Notes under the pieces: model-generated
The model's database searches: none
The model's input: the letters and a program-made list of their open reading frames with translations, nothing else
What the model was told of the DNA's origin: nothing
Shown here: positions 9,128 to 22,426 of the stretch, in pieces
How positions within the stretch are numbered: the first letter of the stretch is position 1
How the letters are laid out: each line of letters begins with the position of its first letter
Program-made: the position numbers and the translations under genes
DNA from: Thermoanaerobaculia bacterium
GTDB taxonomy: Bacteria > Acidobacteriota > Thermoanaerobaculia > UBA5066
Assembly: GCA_963719225.1 (NCBI GenBank)
Contig: CAVRAY010000001.1
Location: 2,624,001-2,688,000 of the forward strand
Reading direction: 5' to 3'
Length of the DNA stretch: 64,000 nt

Positions 9128-11428
9128 TTGGTGGCTCACCTGACAACTGATGGACCTGGTCCGTTCGAAACGCCGACGCCCCGGCGCGTGCCCTGGACGC
9201 CCTATCTCGTCGCCGGCTTTTCCCTTTTGGTGACCCTCGCCGCGACCTGGCACGTCGCCGACGATGCAAAAACGGCCGAGCGAACCAGATTCGAGAGGCT
9301 GCTTCGGATCACCCGGGACGAGATCGAAGAACGGATGGAGACCTACATCGCGTTTCTTCGCGCCACCCGCGGTCTCTTCACCGCCGCCGAGATGGTCACC
9401 CGGGAGGACTTCCGGATCTTCATGGACCAGGCCGAGCTCCAGGGAACCTATCCGGGAATTCAGGGGGTGGGGATCTCCCGGCGGACCTTCGGGAAGGACA
9501 AGGATGCCCTCGTCGTGGCGATGCGCAAGGAGGTCCCGGACTTTCGGGTGTGGCCGGAGGGACCGCGGGACGAATACGAGCCCGTCGTCTACCTCGAGCC
9601 TCGCGACAGCAGGAACCGGATAGTCATCGGATACGACATGTCGAGCGAGCCCGTGCGGCGGGCCGCGATGGAACGCGCCAGGGACAGCGGCCTCCCGGCC
9701 TCCACGGGAAGGATCACACTCATCTTCGACATCGGATCGGGCAGCCAGGCGGGCTTCATCATCTACCTGGCCCGCTACCGCCGCGGAATGCCGACGGAGA
9801 CCGCGGGCGATCGCCGCGCCGCCCTGGAGGGATTCGTGTACGGCTCCTTCCGCTCCGACGACCTCCTGCACGCCATCCTCATAGCGGACAGACAGCCGGG
9901 CGTCCGCTACGAGGTCTTCGCCGGCCCTGAGACGAAGCCGGAAGCTCTCCTTCACCGATCCGGTTCGGACGGCCCCGGCCCTGAAACGGCGGGCCTGGAG
10001 GGACGAACCTCGTTCGAAGTGGCGGGCTCCACGTGGACGCTTTCCACGGCGGCTGCTCGCGGATTCGACGCCGGCTCGGGCAGGAACCGTGTCGCCCTTT
10101 TCCTGTTGACGGGACTCCTCGTGAGCGGCGCGCTCTTTGCCGTCACGCGCTCGGAGGTGAACGCCCGCCTCGCGGCCGAGAGGGCCGCCGCCGATCTGCG
10201 CAGCGCCGCGACCCAGCAGCGCCGGCTCGAGGAACAGCTCCTCCAGGCGCAGAAGATGGAGGGGATCGGCCGCCTCGCCGGCGGGATCGCGCACGACTTC
10301 AATAACCTGCTCACGGCGATTCTCGGCTATGCGGAGCTGATGGAATCTCAGCTCGGTGACGATGAGGGCCTCAAGTCCGAGCTCCGTGAGATCCGCTCGG
10401 CCGGCGAGCGCGCGGCCGCGCTCACCCGGCAGCTCCTCGCGTTCAGCCGCCGGCAAGTCATGCAGCCGCGGACCCTCGACCTCAACGACGTCGTTTCCGA
10501 CGTCGGGAAGCTGCTCGCGCGGCTCATCGGCGAGGACGTCACGCTCGTGACGCGGCTCGAGCCCGCGCTCGGGAGCGTCGAGGCGGATCCCGGACAGCTC
10601 GAGCAGGTGCTCATGAACCTCGCGGTGAACGCGCGGGACGCGATGCCGAAAGGCGGCACTCTCACCTTCGAGACGGCGAACGCCGTGCTCGACGCCGACT
10701 TCGCCGCGGTCCATCCGGGCGCGGTGCCCGGCGCCTACGTCGTCCTCACAGTCACCGACGGCGGGTCCGGCATGACCGAGGAGGTTCGACGCCACGTCTT
10801 CGAGCCCTTCTTCACGACGAAGGAGAAGGGGAAGGGGACCGGGCTCGGCCTCGCGACCGCGTATGGCATCGTCAAGCAAAGCGGCGGATACATCACCGTG
10901 GACAGCGAAGCGGGCCGCGGCGCGACCTTCCGCATCTACCTTCCGCGCGTCGAAGGCACGGCGACGACTTCGGAGCGGACCAAGAGCCCCTCACTCTCGC
11001 CCACCGGCACGGAGACGATCCTGCTCGTCGAGGACGAGGTCGGCGTCCGCAACCTTTCGGCGTCCGTCCTCAAGACTCAGGGCTATGTCGTTCTGGAGGC
11101 CGCTTCCGGGGACACGGCGCTGGAAGTCGCGCGCTCTCAGCCCGGACCGATTCAGCTCGTCGTGACCGACGTCGTGATGCCGGGAATGAGCGGACGCGAG
11201 CTCTGGGAGCGGCTGCGAATCCTGCGCCCGGACGCCCGGGTCCTCTTCATGTCCGGCTATACGGACGACGTCATCGCCCAGCACGGCGTGCTCGAGCCGG
11301 GGATCGCGTTCCTTCAAAAGCCATTCACGCCATTCGGTCTCGCCGGGAAGGTGCGGGAAGTGCTGGACGCGGCTCCGGAGGCCGGCGCAACGACCCACCC
11401 GAAGTCGTCCCCGGAAGCGAACGCATGA
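9128..11428 (+). CDS. CHASE-domain hybrid histidine kinase with C-terminal REC
   Basis: TM-CHASE (YLEP...[21 protein letters not shown])-TM, HDFNN box, ILLVEDE/TDVVMPG receiver. Start uncertain. Confidence 0.9.
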   Translation: MVAHLTTDGPGPFETPTPRRVPWTPYLVAGFSLLVTLAATWHVADDAKTAERTRFERLLRITRDEIEERMETYIAFLRATRGLFTAAEMVTREDFRIFMDQAELQGTYPGIQGVGISRRTFGKDKDALVVAMRKEVPDFRVWPEGPRDEYEPVVYLEPRDSRNRIVIGYDMSSEPVRRAAMERARDSGLPASTGRITLIFDIGSGSQAGFIIYLARYRRGMPTETAGDRRAALEGFVYGSFRSDDLLHAILIADRQPGVRYEVFAGPETKPEALLHRSGSDGPGPETAGLEGRTSFEVAGSTWTLSTAAARGFDAGSGRNRVALFLLTGLLVSGALFAVTRSEVNARLAAERAAADLRSAATQQRRLEEQLLQAQKMEGIGRLAGGIAHDFNNLLTAILGYAELMESQLGDDEGLKSELREIRSAGERAAALTRQLLAFSRRQVMQPRTLDLNDVVSDVGKLLARLIGEDVTLVTRLEPALGSVEADPGQLEQVLMNLAVNARDAMPKGGTLTFETANAVLDADFAAVHPGAVPGAYVVLTVTDGGSGMTEEVRRHVFEPFFTTKEKGKGTGLGLATAYGIVKQSGGYITVDSEAGRGATFRIYLPRVEGTATTSERTKSPSLSPTGTETILLVEDEVGVRNLSASVLKTQGYVVLEAASGDTALEVARSQPGPIQLVVTDVVMPGMSGRELWERLRILRPDARVLFMSGYTDDVIAQHGVLEPGIAFLQKPFTPFGLAGKVREVLDAAPEAGATTHPKSSPEANA

Positions 11429-14400
11429 CTGCGAGCCAGACCGCTCCGGTTCCTCCCGAGCCGCTCAGGAGAATTTCGCGGCTCTGCGCGGCGGTCTCGA
11501 TCGCCATCGGAGTCGTCGTCATCGCCGGCTGGCTCTTCCATCTTCCCGTCCTCATGCAGGTGCTGCCCGGCCAGGTGGCGATGGTGCCCAACACGGCGGT
11601 CGGTCTTCTGCTCGCGGGCCTCTCCCTGTGGATGCGCGCGAGCCGAAGCGGCCCTTCGTTCGTCGCGGCCTCTCGTGCAGCGGCAGCGGTGGCCGGTCTC
11701 CTGGGCCTCCTGAATCTGGTCCAGTACGTCTCGGGCAGGAACCTCGGGATCGACGAGCTGCTTTTCCGGGACCCGGCCGGCTTGACGAGCGTCTTCCCCG
11801 GCCGAATGGCGATCCTCACGGCGGTGGGGTTCGTCGCGCTGGCGGGTGCCCTGCTGAGCCTGGACCTGCGATGGGCGCCGTGGACGAGAGACGGGCTGGC
11901 CCTCCTCCCGGGCGTTCTCGCCATGGTCTCGCTGACGGGATACACGTACGGCCTTCGCAGCCTTTCCTGGATCGGCATCTACAAGGGGATGGCGATCCAC
12001 ACCGCGGTGGCCTTCCTGGTCCTGTCGGTCGGTGTGCTTCTCGTACACGCCCGCGGCCTGTCGCGCCTCCTCGTCAGCGACACGGCCGGGGGCGTCGTCG
12101 CCCGGCGGATCCTTCCGGTCGCCCTCCTGGCGCCCTTCATCCTGGGCTGGCTCCGCATCCTGGGTCAGGAACGCGGGCTCTACGGCCAGGAGTTGGGGCG
12201 GGCGTTGTACGCCGTCTTCGACGCCCTCATCCTGGTCGCGATCCTGCTTGGGACAGCCGCGGCGCTCATGCGGGCCGACGAGAAGCGCAGGGCCACCGAG
12301 GAGGCCCTGCGAGCCGCGGAGGGACAATACCAGCTCCTCTTCGAGAACAGCCCCCAGCCGATGTGGGTCGTGGATCGCGAGACCCTCCGGTACCTCGCCG
12401 CCAACGATGCGGCGGTCGAGCACTACGGCTATTCGCGCGACGAGTTCCTGTCGATGAACATCGGACAGCTCCGGCCGGCCGAGGACATCGAAGCGTTGAA
12501 GCGAGCGATTCCCAAGGAGAAGGCCGGGCTCGAGAAGCTGGGGGTCTGGCGGCACCTCAAGAAGGACGGCACCCTCATCAACGTGGAGATCGCGGCGCAC
12601 ACGATCACCTTCGAAGGGCGATCGGCTTTGCTCGTGCTGGCTTACGACGTGACGGACCGGCTCCAGACGGAGGACGCGTTGCGGGCGAGCGAGAAGCGCT
12701 TCCGGAGCTATTTCGATCTCGGCCTGGTCGGGATGGCGATCACGTCCCCGACGAAGGGCATGATCGAGGTGAACGACGAGATCTGCCGGATCCTCGGCTA
12801 CGAGCGACACGAGCTGCTGAAGAAGACCTGGGCGGAAATGACCCATCCCGACGATCTTCCCGCCGACGTCGCGAAATTCGAGCGCGTCCTGTCAGGAGAG
12901 ATCGACGGCTACACGATCGACAAGCGCTGGATCCGGAAAGACGGCCGGATCGTCGACTCGTCCATTTCGGTCAAGTGCGTTCGTCGTGACGACGGTTCCG
13001 TCGATTATTTCGTCGCGCTGGTTCACGACGTCACCGAGCGAAAGCGCGCCGAGGAAGCCCTCCTCGGGTCCGAGCGGAGGTTCTCGCTCGCGTTTCACTC
13101 CAGCCCCGTCCCCACGAGCATCAGCGAGGCCGGCACGGACCGGATCCTCGACGTGAACGAGCAGTTCCTCGCCACGTTCGGATACAAGCGGGACGAAATC
13201 GTGGGCCGCACGTCGGCCGAGATGGGCCTCTGGGCGGAACGGGCGGACCGCGACCGCATCGCCGCCGGACTGGACAAAGGGAACGTGGTGCGCGATGCGG
13301 ACATCCGCATCCGCACCCGCGCCGGCGAGCTGCGCGACGTCGCGGGTTCCGCGGTGAGGGTCGAGCTCGGAAACGTGCCCTGCATCCTGTCGACGTTCAT
13401 CGACATCACCGAGCGCAAGCGTGCCGAGGCGGCTCTTCGGGAGCGCGAGTACCACTTCCGCTCGCTCATCGAGAACGCGCAGGACCTCATCACGATCATC
13501 GACCTGGAAGGCGTGATCCGATTTCAGAGCCCTTCGGTCGCCCGGATTCTCGGGCGCCCTCCGGAGGAATTCGTGGGCAAGAGCGCCTTCGACTTCGTCC
13601 ATCCCGATGACATGCCCGCCGGCAAGAACGCGATACGCCACGCCATCGAGAGCGCGGAATCGCCCCAATTGTGGCTATTCCGGTTTCGACACGCGAACGG
13701 GTCGTGGCGGACGATGGAAGGGATCGGGAAGCTTCTGCCCGGCCAGGGTGCCGCCCAGATCGTCGTCAATTCCCGCGACGTGACGGAGAGCCGGACCCTC
13801 GAAGCGCAGCTCCGCCAGGCGCAGAAGATGGACGCCGTGGGACGGCTCGCCGGAGGGATCGCCCACGACTTCAACAACCTGCTCACCGCCATCATGGGCT
13901 ACACGGAGCTCGCGACCTCGCGTCTGGAGCCGGAGGACCCGTCGCGCGCGGAGCTTTCCGAGATCGCCAAAGCTGCTCATCGCGCGGCCGACCTGACGCG
14001 GCAGCTCCTCGCCTTCAGCCGCAAGCAGGTGCTGCAGCCCCGCGTCATCGACCTGAACCAGGTCGTGAGCGACACGCACAAGATGCTGAGACGGCTCATC
14101 GGCGAGGACATCGAGCTCGTCACGTCGTTGAAGGAGCGCCTGGGCTCGGTGAGCGCCGACACGGGCCAGATCGAACAGGTGCTGGTCAACCTGGCGGTCA
14201 ACTCCCGCGACGCGATGCCGAAGGGAGGAAAGCTGACGATCGAGACTTCGGGAATCGAGTTCGACGAACCCTATTCGATGCCTCATTTCAGCATCCCTGC
14301 CGGGCGCTATGTGCTGCTCGCCGTCAGCGACACCGGGACGGGCATGGATTCCTCGACGTTGAGTCACGTGTTCGAGCCCTTCTTCACGACGAAGGGTGTC

Positions 14401-14954
14401 GGAAAGGGGACCGGCCTCGGCCTTTCGATGGTCTATGGAGTCGTGAAGCAGAGCGGAGGCCACATCACCGTCTACAGCGAGCCCGGCATCGGGACCACGT
14501 TCAAGATCTACCTTCCCCGGGTGGAAGAGCTTCCGGAGAAAGCCTCGCCGGCGAAAGCGCACCAGGCCGGCGGGACGGAAACCGTCCTCGTCGTCGAGGA
14601 CGAGGAAGCCGTACGTCGCCTGAGCTGCAGGTCGCTGGAGGCCCACGGCTACAAGACGCTGCCCGCCGCGAGCGCGAGCGAAGCGCTCCTCCTCTGCGAA
14701 AAGCACGCCGGCGAGATCCATCTCATGCTCACGGACGTCGTCATGCCGCACGTGAGCGGAAAAGAGCTCGCCGAGCGGGCGGCGTCTCTACGGCCCGGGA
14801 TGAAGGTGCTCTTCATGTCGGGCTACACCGACGACGCGATCCTGCACCACGGCGTCCTCGACGCCGGCACGGCCTTCCTCCAGAAGCCCTTCACGCCGCG
14901 CTCCCTGGCGCAGAAAGTCCGGGACGTGCTGGACGCGCCGGCGAAGGCGAACCC

Positions 14955-14958
<4 letters not shown>
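11425..14958 (+). CDS. Membrane-anchored multi-PAS hybrid histidine kinase with REC
   Basis: About 8 TM segments, four PAS domains, HDFNN box, HATPase, receiver. Confidence 0.9.
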
Positions 14959-16172
<1,214 letters not shown>

Positions 16173-16201
16173 TAGGTCCGCGCGCCTGCGCCGAGGCCAG
16201 G

Positions 16202-18100
16202 ATGAGAATCCTCATCGTCGACGACAACGAGATCAACCGGAAGGTCCTCAGGGCGATGCTTTCGGCCGAGGGTCACGAGGTCGTGGAACGCGTGAACGGC
16301 CTCGAGGGCCTCGAGGCGCTCGAGAGCTCCAACTTCGACGCTCTCGTCTCGGACGTCCTGATGCCCGGGATGGACGGATATCGCCTCTGCTCGGAGATCC
16401 GCCGAAACGAGAAGCTGCGAAACCTCCCAATCGTCGTCTACAGCTCCATCTACGCGTCGCGTGCCGACGAGGAGGTCGCCCTGAACGCCGGTGCCGACCG
16501 GTTCATCTCGAGACCCGCGCCTGCCGCTGCTTTCCTCGAGGTCCTGCGGGAGGCCTGCGGGATGTCGCGTGCCCCGGGCAAGTCCGCTGCACCGTCGGCG
16601 GAACCCGAGGTTCTCAAGGAATACAGCGAGAAGCTCGTTACGAAGCTGAAAGAGAAGAGCCAGGAGCTCGAGACGGTCCGCGTGCGGCTGACCGAGGGCA
16701 ACGCGGATCTCCGCCGGGCGAAGGAGGCTCTGGAAAAGGATGTCTCGGAGAGCAAGCGTCACGAAGAGGAGGTCAAACATCTCGCCTTTCACGATCCGCT
16801 GACCGGATTGCCGAACCGTCTCCTTTTCAGCGATCGTCTCGCCATGGCTCTGAGCCAGGCGCGCCGCCATCGGAAGAAACTCGCCACCTTCTTCATGGAC
16901 ATCGACAATTTCAAGGTGATCAACGACACGCTGGGGCACACCGTGGGCGACAAGCTCCTGCTCCTGGTCACGGAGCGTCTCCGGACCTGTGTCCGGGAAG
17001 AGGACACGCTGGCGCGGTTCGGGGGCGACGAGTTCATCCTTCTCGTCACCGGGATCGCCTCCGAGCACGATGTCGCGACGGTGTCGCAGAAGATTCTCGA
17101 GACGATTCGCGCCCCCTTTCTCCTGGACGGCCGCGAGGTGTCCATCACCATCAGCGTCGGCGCGAGCGTCTTTCCGGTGGACGGCCCGGACCCCGACCTC
17201 CTCGTCCGGAATGCCGACGCCGCCATGTACCGCGCCAAACAGCAGGGCCGGAACAGGTATCAGCTCTTCACGCCCGGGACGAGCGCCGCGTCTCCGGAGA
17301 GGCAGGCGATCGAGAAGCAGCTCCGGAACGCGCTGCGCGCGGGGGAGTTCCTTCTCCACTATCAGCCGATCGTGGACTTGAACGACGGTCAGATCACCGG
17401 CGTCGAGGCGCTCCTGCGCTGGCAGTCGCGGGGCGGCCCCGTTTCGCCGGCGGATTTCATGCCCGTGGCCGAGAACTCCGATCTGATCGTCCCGATCAGC
17501 CGGTGGGTGCTGCGAAGCGCGTGCGCGCAGACCTCTTCCTGGCAGCTCGAAACCAACTCCCGGCTGACCGTCGCGATCAACCTCTCCAGCCGCGTCTTCC
17601 AGCAGACCGATCTGGTGGGTGAGATCTCCGAAGCGCTCGATGAGGCCCAACTCTCCCCCAGCTCCCTCGACCTCGAGATCACCGAGTCGAGCGCGATGCA
17701 GAACGTCGAGTACTCTGCCACCGTTCTTCGGCGCCTGAAGGATCTGGGAGTTCACATCTCCCTGGACGATTTCGGCACCGGGTATTCCTCTCTGAGCTAC
17801 CTCAAGAGACTGCCGATCGATCGGATCAAGATCGATCAATCGTTCGTGCAAAACGTCACGCACGATCCCGACGACTCCGCGATCGTATCGGCCGTGATCG
17901 CCATGACGCACAGACTGAAGCGCGTGGCCGTCGCCGAAGGAATCGAGACGAAACAGCAGCTGTCTTTCCTGCGCGAACAGAGCTGCGACCACGGGCAGGG
18001 CTTTCTCTTCAGCCGCCCGCTCCCCTTTTCAGAGCTCCAGCCGGCTCTCGAACAAAGCCACAGGAACGTCTCGCCCTTCCAACACCTGTTTCTCTCGTAA
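16202..18100 (+). CDS. REC-GGDEF-EAL diguanylate cyclase/phosphodiesterase
   Basis: ILIVDD receiver, RFGGDEF, EALLRW, DDFGTGYSSL. Confidence 0.93.
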   Translation: MRILIVDDNEINRKVLRAMLSAEGHEVVERVNGLEGLEALESSNFDALVSDVLMPGMDGYRLCSEIRRNEKLRNLPIVVYSSIYASRADEEVALNAGADRFISRPAPAAAFLEVLREACGMSRAPGKSAAPSAEPEVLKEYSEKLVTKLKEKSQELETVRVRLTEGNADLRRAKEALEKDVSESKRHEEEVKHLAFHDPLTGLPNRLLFSDRLAMALSQARRHRKKLATFFMDIDNFKVINDTLGHTVGDKLLLLVTERLRTCVREEDTLARFGGDEFILLVTGIASEHDVATVSQKILETIRAPFLLDGREVSITISVGASVFPVDGPDPDLLVRNADAAMYRAKQQGRNRYQLFTPGTSAASPERQAIEKQLRNALRAGEFLLHYQPIVDLNDGQITGVEALLRWQSRGGPVSPADFMPVAENSDLIVPISRWVLRSACAQTSSWQLETNSRLTVAINLSSRVFQQTDLVGEISEALDEAQLSPSSLDLEITESSAMQNVEYSATVLRRLKDLGVHISLDDFGTGYSSLSYLKRLPIDRIKIDQSFVQNVTHDPDDSAIVSAVIAMTHRLKRVAVAEGIETKQQLSFLREQSCDHGQGFLFSRPLPFSELQPALEQSHRNVSPFQHLFLS

Positions 18101-18111
18101 CGAGCTGTTCG

Positions 18112-19413
18112 TCACGGATAGATCCGGTACAGCATCCGCGGGTACGGGATGCACTCCCTGAGGTGCGGAACGCCGCACATCCACGCGACGAAACGCTCGA
18201 CGCCCATGCCGAAGCCCGAGTGCGGGAACGTGCCGTACTTGCGCACGTCGAGGTACCACTGGAACGCCTCGAGCGGCAGGTCGTGCTGGCGGATGCGCGA
18301 GAGGAGCAGGTCGTGGCCGTGGATGCGCTGCGACCCGCCGATGATCTCGCCGTAGCCTTCCGGGGCGAGCACGTCGAGGCAGAGGGCCAGCTCCGGGTCG
18401 TTCGGGTCGGGCTGCATGTAAAACGCCTTAATGGACGTCGGGTAGCGCGTGACCATGACGGGCGTGTCGAAGCCCTCGGTCAGCGACGTCTCTTCGTCGC
18501 CTCCCAGGTCATCCCCGAAACTCACCGGCATGTTCTTCTTTTGCAGCATCGAGACGGCGTCGCGGTACGAGATCCGGGGGAACCTCTTCGAGACCACGGG
18601 CTCCAGCTTCGCGGCGTCGCGCTCCAGGCGCTTGAGATCTTCCTTCCTTCGGTCGAGGACGCGCGCCGTGATCTCCTTGACGAACTCCTCGGCGAGGTCC
18701 ATGAGGCCGTCGATCTCCAGGAAAGCGACCTCCGGCTCGACCATCCAGAACTCGCGCAGGTGCCGCCGGGTCTTGGACTTCTCGGCGCGGAACGTGGGCC
18801 CGAAGCAGTAGACCTTTCCGAGCGCCGCCGCCGCCGGCTCGAGATAGAGCTGGCCGGACTGCGACAGGTAGGCCTTCTCGTCTTCCGTGTACTGCGTCTC
18901 GAAGAGGTTCGACGTGCCCTCGCAGGCCGCGGGAGTCAGGATCGGGGAATCGATGCGGGTGTAGCCGCGCGTGTAGAAGAAGTCGTGGATCGCGCTCTCG
19001 ACCTCGCTGCGCACCTTGAGGACCGCGACCTGCCTGGCGGACCGCAGCCAGAGGTGCCGCTGCGACATGAGGAAGTCGACCCCGTGCTCCTTCGGCGTGA
19101 TCGGCCAGTCGCGGCAGAGGTCCAGGATCCTCACGTCCGTGACGCCCAGCTCGACGCCGCCCTGTGAGCGCGGATCGGCCTTCACGAGTCCGGTGACCTC
19201 GAGCGTGGATTCCTGCGTCGCGACCGTCGCGGCTTCCCACACGGCTTCGGTCACGTCGGCCTTCGAGACGACGCACTGAAGGTACCCGCTGCCGTCGCGC
19301 AGCACCAGGAACCAGATCTTCCCGCCCTTCCGCCAGTGGTAGAGCCATCCCCTGAGGGTGACGGTCTCGCCGACGTGAGACGGGAGCGCGGAGATGGAGA
19401 GCGAAACTTCCAA
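18112..19413 (-). CDS. asnS: Asparagine--tRNA ligase
   Basis: YLSQSGQLY, FRAEKSKTRRHLREFWMVEPE, GEIIGGSQR, PHSGFGMGVER. Confidence 0.95.
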   Translation of the reverse strand: MEVSLSISALPSHVGETVTLRGWLYHWRKGGKIWFLVLRDGSGYLQCVVSKADVTEAVWEAATVATQESTLEVTGLVKADPRSQGGVELGVTDVRILDLCRDWPITPKEHGVDFLMSQRHLWLRSARQVAVLKVRSEVESAIHDFFYTRGYTRIDSPILTPAACEGTSNLFETQYTEDEKAYLSQSGQLYLEPAAAALGKVYCFGPTFRAEKSKTRRHLREFWMVEPEVAFLEIDGLMDLAEEFVKEITARVLDRRKEDLKRLERDAAKLEPVVSKRFPRISYRDAVSMLQKKNMPVSFGDDLGGDEETSLTEGFDTPVMVTRYPTSIKAFYMQPDPNDPELALCLDVLAPEGYGEIIGGSQRIHGHDLLLSRIRQHDLPLEAFQWYLDVRKYGTFPHSGFGMGVERFVAWMCGVPHLRECIPYPRMLYRIYP

Positions 19414-19417
19414 GATC

Positions 19418-19675
19418 TTATTTCGGCATCCGGATCCGCCAGTGGTTCAGGACGACGGTCGCCTGCGAGAGGCGGAGGAGCTTGCGGTTCTTCGTCTGGC
19501 TCGCATCGGCGTCGTCCTGCGGCACGATCTGGGAGCGGAGATCACGGGTGAGCTTTTCGAGCTCCTTCGCGAGCGCGTCGACCTCGTGCCTCTCGTACTT
19601 CTTGAGCGTGACGGGGTTGAGGGTCACGTAACCCTCCGAGAGATCCGCTGCCATCTTCCACGCGGGGGCTGCCAT
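19418..19675 (-). CDS. Hypothetical protein (85 aa)
   Basis: GC3-biased ORF abutting asnS; CATAAT 6 nt before the ATG. Confidence 0.7.
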   Translation of the reverse strand: MAAPAWKMAADLSEGYVTLNPVTLKKYERHEVDALAKELEKLTRDLRSQIVPQDDADASQTKNRKLLRLSQATVVLNHWRIRMPK

Positions 19676-19749
19676 GTCGCGATTATGACGTGTTCGAAGA
19701 GCACCTCGAAAACCCTAATCTTCGATACTCTTCGAACGCTGGAGGATCT

Positions 19750-20934
19750 GTGAGCTTTTCCGGAGTCGATTTTCTCGGCATCGAAGACATGCTGTCCGAC
19801 GACGAGCGGGCCGTGCGAGATCTCGTGCGCGCCTTCGTCGACGACGACGTCCTCCCGATCATCGAGGAGTGCGCGTACGAGGGCCGGTTCCCGAAGGAGC
19901 TCGTCCCGAAGATGGCCGCAATGAACCTCTTCGGATCCACGATCGCCGAATACGGCCTCCCGGGACTGAACGGCGTGGCCTACGGGCTCATCAACCAGGA
20001 GCTCGAACGCGGCGACTCCGGGCTGCGCTCCTTCGTTTCCGTCCAGTCCGCCCTCGTCATGTACCCGATCTACACGTACGGCTCCAAGGAGCAGAAAGAC
20101 CGCTGGATCCCGGCGCTCGCCAAGGGCAAGAGCATCGGCTGCTTCGGCCTGACCGAACCAGACTTCGGGTCGAATCCGGCAGGGATGAGGACCATCGCGA
20201 AGAAGGACGGGGACGACTGGATCCTGAACGGCGCCAAGTCCTGGATCACGAACGGCTCGATCGCCGACGTGGCCGTGGTCTGGGCGAAGGTCGGCGACGT
20301 GAACGGACCGGTCCGCGGTTTCCTCGTGGAGCGGGGCATGAAGGGCTTCAGCGCTCCCGAGCACCGCATGAAGATGTCTCTTCGCGCCTCAGTCACGTCG
20401 CAGCTCGTGTTCGAGGACGTGCGGGTGCCCGCCACGAGCGTTCTGGGCGTCGAGGGGCTCAAGGGCCCGCTCTCCTGCCTCACCCAGGCGCGGTACGGGA
20501 TTTCGTGGGGAGGCCTCGGCTCGGCGATGGCGACGTACACGTGCGCGCTCGACTACGCGAAGAGCCGCAAGCAGTTCAAGGACCGCCCGATCGCGTCGCA
20601 CCAGCTCGTCCAGGCCAAGTTCGCCTTCATGATCACGGAGATCACGAAGGGCCAGCTCCTGGCTCTCAGGCTGGGGAGGATGAAGGACGCCGGTACGATG
20701 AAGCCCGAGCACGTCTCGATGGTCAAGCGCAACAACGTCTGGGTCGCGCGCGAGTGCGCAAAGCTTGCACGGGAGATTCTCGGGGCGAACGGGATCGTCG
20801 GCGAATACCCCGTCTTCAGGCATCTCGCGAACATCGAGTCGGTCTACACGTACGAAGGCACGCACGACATCCACACGCTCGTCCTCGGACAGGCGGTGAC
20901 GGGGATTCCGTCGTACAACCCTCCGATGGAGTAA
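19750..20934 (+). CDS. Acyl-CoA dehydrogenase (glutaryl-CoA dehydrogenase-like)
   Basis: GCFGLTEPDFGSNP, ELERGDSGLRS, TYEGTHDIH; GGAGG before GTG 19750. Confidence 0.9.
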   Translation: MSFSGVDFLGIEDMLSDDERAVRDLVRAFVDDDVLPIIEECAYEGRFPKELVPKMAAMNLFGSTIAEYGLPGLNGVAYGLINQELERGDSGLRSFVSVQSALVMYPIYTYGSKEQKDRWIPALAKGKSIGCFGLTEPDFGSNPAGMRTIAKKDGDDWILNGAKSWITNGSIADVAVVWAKVGDVNGPVRGFLVERGMKGFSAPEHRMKMSLRASVTSQLVFEDVRVPATSVLGVEGLKGPLSCLTQARYGISWGGLGSAMATYTCALDYAKSRKQFKDRPIASHQLVQAKFAFMITEITKGQLLALRLGRMKDAGTMKPEHVSMVKRNNVWVARECAKLAREILGANGIVGEYPVFRHLANIESVYTYEGTHDIHTLVLGQAVTGIPSYNPPME

Positions 20935-20974
20935 AGCCGCTCGGGTCAGCCTTTTACGCGTACAATCGCATCGG

Positions 20975-22426
20975 ATGGCCATCGCAGGAAATCTGCGCAC
21001 GATGCAGTTGTCGGAGCTGCTTCAGTGGCTCTCGACCGGCTTGAAGACGGGGACGCTCGTCGTACGGGGGGCGCCCGGCGAGAAGCGCATCTATTTCAAC
21101 AATGGCCGGGTCACCTCCTCTTCGTCCACGCTCGAGCGCGAGCACCTGGGGCGTTTTCTCGTGGGTTTCGGCTTCATCACCGAGGAGGAGCTCATCCGCG
21201 CGCTGGAGGTCCAGCAGGAATCCCGGATCCTCCTCGGCAAGATCCTCGTCATGATCGGTGCCATCAAGGAGGAGGAGCTCGCCGATCTCGTGCGGCTGAA
21301 AGCCGCGGAGACGATCTACGACATCTTCCTGTGGACCGAGGGCTCGTTCGCGTTCATCGACGGGGACATTCCGAGCCTTCCGATGGTTCCGATCTCCTCC
21401 GACGTCACGGGCATCGTCATGGAGGGCCTGCGCCGCTACGACGAGTGGCAGCGCATCAAGACGCGCGTCCCGACCATGCGCGTCATTCCCTCGGTGGTCA
21501 TGCCCGTCGAGGAAGACCTCGGCGAGCGCGACAAGATGATCCTTGCCGCCGCGAACGGCCACCGCGCGATCGACCAGATCGCCCTCGAGACCCACAACCC
21601 CGAATTCCACGTCGCCAAGCTGATGTACGACCTCATGCTCACGGGCCACGTGAAGCTCGTGGGCGAACGGGAGGAGACGGCCGCAGAGCCGGTGTTCGAA
21701 GAGACTGAAATGGTCGAGGAGGAGTCGTCCTCGTTCGATCCGCTGCTGTCCGGCGATCTGCACTCGATTCCCGAAGGGATGGTGCCGCCGGCGCCGACGA
21801 TCGACACGTTCGTGCTCGCGCCGCCCGCATCGTCCGCCTCGCGGACGCCCGTGCCGACGACGTTCAACCAGTTTCTGAAACGGCGGCCCGAATCGGGCGA
21901 ATCTGCCGCCCGACGCGTGTCCGGCGAGATGGCCGCGCAGCGCGCGCCGGGAGACAGCTCCGACACCGCGCCGCGCGTGAGAACCGCCACGCCGCCCGCC
22001 ACTCCGGCGCCCAGGACCCCGGCGCCGACCCCAGTGCCGGCACCGGCTTCGACATCGACATCCGAGCCCGTTTCGTTCGGATCCACGACGCGGCCGGCGA
22101 CCCCCGTTTCGCCCCCTCCGACGCCCTTGGCCGCCGCGGGTTCCGCGGGTTCCACCCCGGCGGTGAAGGCGGTCCCCCGTCCGGCGGATGCGTCGTCCAT
22201 CTCCGAGCCGCTTCCGAAGCTCCCACCGGGGGCCGTGCCCATTCTCACGAAGCCGATGGAAGAGCTCATGTCGTTCCCGTTCACCCCGTCGGAGGCGTTC
22301 ATCGTCTCGCGCATCAACGGCATGTGGGACGTCCGGTCGATCGCCCGCATTTCGCCGTTCCCGGAACAGGAAGTGATGCGCGTCTTCCAAAAGCTCACGA
22401 AGAGCGGCGTCGTTTCCTTCAAGTGA
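20975..22426 (+). CDS. DUF4388 (PATAN-like) domain protein with Pro-rich linker
   Basis: GNLRTMQLSELLQWL...KTGTL, LGRFLV, FLWTEGSFAF, MEGLRRYDEW. Confidence 0.8.
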   Translation: MAIAGNLRTMQLSELLQWLSTGLKTGTLVVRGAPGEKRIYFNNGRVTSSSSTLEREHLGRFLVGFGFITEEELIRALEVQQESRILLGKILVMIGAIKEEELADLVRLKAAETIYDIFLWTEGSFAFIDGDIPSLPMVPISSDVTGIVMEGLRRYDEWQRIKTRVPTMRVIPSVVMPVEEDLGERDKMILAAANGHRAIDQIALETHNPEFHVAKLMYDLMLTGHVKLVGEREETAAEPVFEETEMVEEESSSFDPLLSGDLHSIPEGMVPPAPTIDTFVLAPPASSASRTPVPTTFNQFLKRRPESGESAARRVSGEMAAQRAPGDSSDTAPRVRTATPPATPAPRTPAPTPVPAPASTSTSEPVSFGSTTRPATPVSPPPTPLAAAGSAGSTPAVKAVPRPADASSISEPLPKLPPGAVPILTKPMEELMSFPFTPSEAFIVSRINGMWDVRSIARISPFPEQEVMRVFQKLTKSGVVSFK